A DNA stretch of 63,440 nt, filler included. It is 7 parts of 7 records of this genome, joined end to end, with 100 filler letters (N's around TTAATTAATTAA, not from the genome) between each part and the next. Parts side by side here need not be neighbours in the genome. Positions count along the whole stretch, not along the records: positions 60,380 to 63,440 come from SRR20825010_6352; 6 more parts are not named here. The stretch is one strand, 5' to 3'. Below are positions 61,782 to 63,440 of this stretch, piece by piece. The first letter of the stretch is position 1. Every line of letters begins with the position of its first letter. The notes beneath the pieces are model-generated. The model was not told where the DNA came from and ran no database searches. It worked only from the letters and a program-made list of their open reading frames with translations. The position numbers and the translations under genes are program-made.

Positions 61782-62021
61782 TCATCCAACGGGACCAGTC
61801 CTTCCTGCCGCACTCACTTCCGGGTCAATGCACGTTGGATAGCCGGCAGAGCTTCCTGCACCACTCATTTCCGAGTCAATGCACATTGGGAAATGGCCAG
61901 TCCCACCAGCCGCTTGCACTTCGCTCTCACAATTATCCACGAGGCTGATCGACGCTGCAGCAGCAATTGCACCACCGCTGGCGGCCCAAGACGCCATCAT
62001 TTCCTGATTAACAGTCGACAT
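61782..62021 (-). CDS. Putative multi-core RiPP (lanthipeptide) precursor, 79 aa
   Basis: AGGGA RBS, own terminator; repeating acidic spacer ..E(V/M)..AG followed by 8-mer cores with Ser/Thr and terminal Cys; about 1.1 kb from lanM start. Confidence 0.72.
   Translation of the reverse strand: MSTVNQEMMASWAASGGAIAAAASISLVDNCESEVQAAGGTGHFPMCIDSEMSGAGSSAGYPTCIDPEVSAAGRTGPVG
61801..61889. repeat. 51-nt-period direct repeat within the precursor gene
   Basis: 61801-61838 vs 61852-61889, 33/38 identical by eye. Confidence 0.9.
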
Positions 62022-62113
62022 GTTCAACATCCCTGATTTGAATACACATAGAACTCTATAGTTGAATAAGAATATCACATAGACATCAGAATACGATACA
62101 TTCCTGTAGGTAC

Positions 62114-62146
62114 AAAAAAAGGCGGGCTGAATTTCAGCCCGCCTTT
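62114..62146 (-). terminator. Intrinsic terminator of trxA
   Basis: AAAGGCGGGCTGAA-t-TTCAGCCCGCCTTT inverted repeat with 7-T tail on minus strand. Confidence 0.9.
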
Positions 62147-62168
62147 AAGTGTTTTATGACCGGAAAGA

Positions 62169-62489
62169 TCAGATTGACTGATTGATCCAGTCAACAAGGG
62201 CACTTTTTGGAAGTGCGCCGACTTTCATCGCCGCAACTTCACCGCCCTTGAAGATCATCAGGGTCGGAATGCCACGAACACCGTATTTCGCAGGTGTATT
62301 CGGGTTTTCGTCGATATTCACTTTGGCGATCTTGAGCTTGCCGCCCAGCTCACCCGCGATTTCGTCGAGATATGGCGCAATCTGCTTACACGGACCGCAC
62401 CATTCAGCCCAGAAATCGACCAAAACGGGGTCGTTTGACCCCAGAACGTCGGTGTCAAACGAACCGTCGGAAACTTTAATCGTGGTCAT
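62169..62489 (-). CDS. trxA: Thioredoxin
   Basis: [11 protein letters not shown] active site; GIPTL. Confidence 0.98.
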   Translation of the reverse strand: MTTIKVSDGSFDTDVLGSNDPVLVDFWAEWCGPCKQIAPYLDEIAGELGGKLKIAKVNIDENPNTPAKYGVRGIPTLMIFKGGEVAAMKVGALPKSALVDWINQSI

Positions 62490-62650
62490 GCTTTCAGATC
62501 CTAGTTGTTACGAGGCCGGGGTTTTCCCCGCGAACCTCGATCCGCTTCATGAGGCCAAGGTAGGCAGCACGAACCCAAACGTCAAGCGCATTGGGCGATC
62601 AGCGGCCATGTCATCATTAGCAAGCTATAGCCAGCGCAGAGTCGCAACCA

Positions 62651-63439
62651 TTAGCCAAATGTCAGAATATGGTCGGGAAGTTCGACCATCCACGGCCCGT
62701 TTGTCCAAAGGATAAAGCATCTGACCTTCTTTCCCGGATACATCTGGGCAAGGGCGGCGCGATAAATCGACATCTGGCGGCGATAGGCTTTGGGCGTTGC
62801 GTCAACATCGCGCGGCGGCGGGCGGTTGGTTTTGTAATCTACAATCATGACCTCATCATCCCGCACCACCAGGCGGTCAATCTGGGCAGAAACAACATCC
62901 CCGCCAACAATCCCGACCAATGGCACCTCGGCCCGCGATCCCGGCGCAAATACCGGCGCAAACTGGGGATTGTTAAATATCGCGATGGTTTCATCGGCAA
63001 TTTCAATTTGCTGATCGGGTTCAAGCGCATGAACGGGCTGGGCCAAAAACCGTTCTGCTGCGGCACGGCGTGCGGCATCGGGCAAGTCTGGCAGCAGTTC
63101 CAAAAGTTTATGGATCAAAATGCCCCGCTTAAAGCTTTGCCCCTGATCCCCGCCAAGCGGCGACTGCACAGCAGGTTCTTCTTCCAGCGGGCGGCTTGGC
63201 GCAAGCGGTTTGGGCGGGAAGGATTCTTGCGGGGCGACCGCACGGATCAGCATACGCTTCGCCCCCATCTGCCCGGCATCAAGGGCCTCTACCCGATCAG
63301 GTTTCGGTGCCTCGGATTGATCGGTTTGCCAAACCCAGCCGTCCCCGTCCCAGCCAGAGCCGGAATAGGTGCCAAGATCAATCCGGGCAGGCTTGGCATA
63401 GCCTTCCATGGCCTGCTGACACAGATTGTACCAGCAATG
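62651..63439 (-). CDS. addA: Double-strand break repair helicase/nuclease AddA, C-terminal nuclease domain (5' partial)
   Basis: RG..IH.LL, EVP, QIDRL, VDYKTNRPPP, Q...Y motifs; upstream of trxA as is usual in alphaproteobacteria. Confidence 0.93.
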   Translation of the reverse strand, partial: HCWYNLCQQAMEGYAKPARIDLGTYSGSGWDGDGWVWQTDQSEAPKPDRVEALDAGQMGAKRMLIRAVAPQESFPPKPLAPSRPLEEEPAVQSPLGGDQGQSFKRGILIHKLLELLPDLPDAARRAAAERFLAQPVHALEPDQQIEIADETIAIFNNPQFAPVFAPGSRAEVPLVGIVGGDVVSAQIDRLVVRDDEVMIVDYKTNRPPPRDVDATPKAYRRQMSIYRAALAQMYPGKKVRCFILWTNGPWMVELPDHILTFG

Positions 63440-63440
63440 A

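Noticed and set aside
61716-61784. Selenocysteine readthrough of the precursor TGA
   Set aside because: No convincing SECIS hairpin recognised and the readthrough frame runs into the terminator stem
61801-61889. Mini-CRISPR array
   Set aside because: Two imperfect copies with a 13-nt gap, an in-frame 51-nt period and no cas genes
61686-62036. Plus-strand 116-aa ORF with repeated SC.THFRVNA.W as the real peptide
   Set aside because: Antisense shadow of the same DNA repeat; it runs through the terminator hairpin and lacks an RBS, while the minus-strand ORF has RBS, terminator and precursor-like composition

Overview
The window is not one genome region. It is seven unrelated contigs joined by 100-nt artificial linkers (N-runs around TTAATTAATTAA); taxonomic guesses come from gene content and base composition only. 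(1) 1-8165, Bacteroidota housekeeping: TonB receptor, kdsB, SPOR protein, C1 aminopeptidase, dxr. (2) 8266-29253, AT-rich Flavobacteriaceae-like: two tandem SusC/SusD-like pairs, rnhB, porin, class-V PLP enzyme, egtB-egtD, thyA. (3) 29354-34653, betaproteobacterial: rsgA and a pepP-ubiH-NUDIX-cobD-like operon. (4) 34754-43333, Cytophagales-like: rfbD, gltX, RidA, and an MqsR-like toxin with an HTH-Panacea antitoxin. (5) 43434-47674, alphaproteobacterial (Thalassospira-like): cysH end, then an operon of a multi-Zn-ribbon/degenerate-GGDEF protein, a processive GT2 synthase and a membrane-fusion protein. (6) 47775-60279, Flavobacteriaceae: his operon with three inserted genes, plus an ECF sigma locus with three copies of a promoter motif. 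(7) 60380-63440, alphaproteobacterial: addA-trxA, followed by a 79-aa repeat-containing Ser/Thr/Cys peptide gene, a tandem GNAT protein and the N-terminus of a probable LanM. The best candidates for an undescribed system are the multi-core lanthipeptide (RiPP) locus in contig 7 and the putative c-di-GMP-gated exopolysaccharide operon in contig 5. All family calls are from motif recognition, not database searches.
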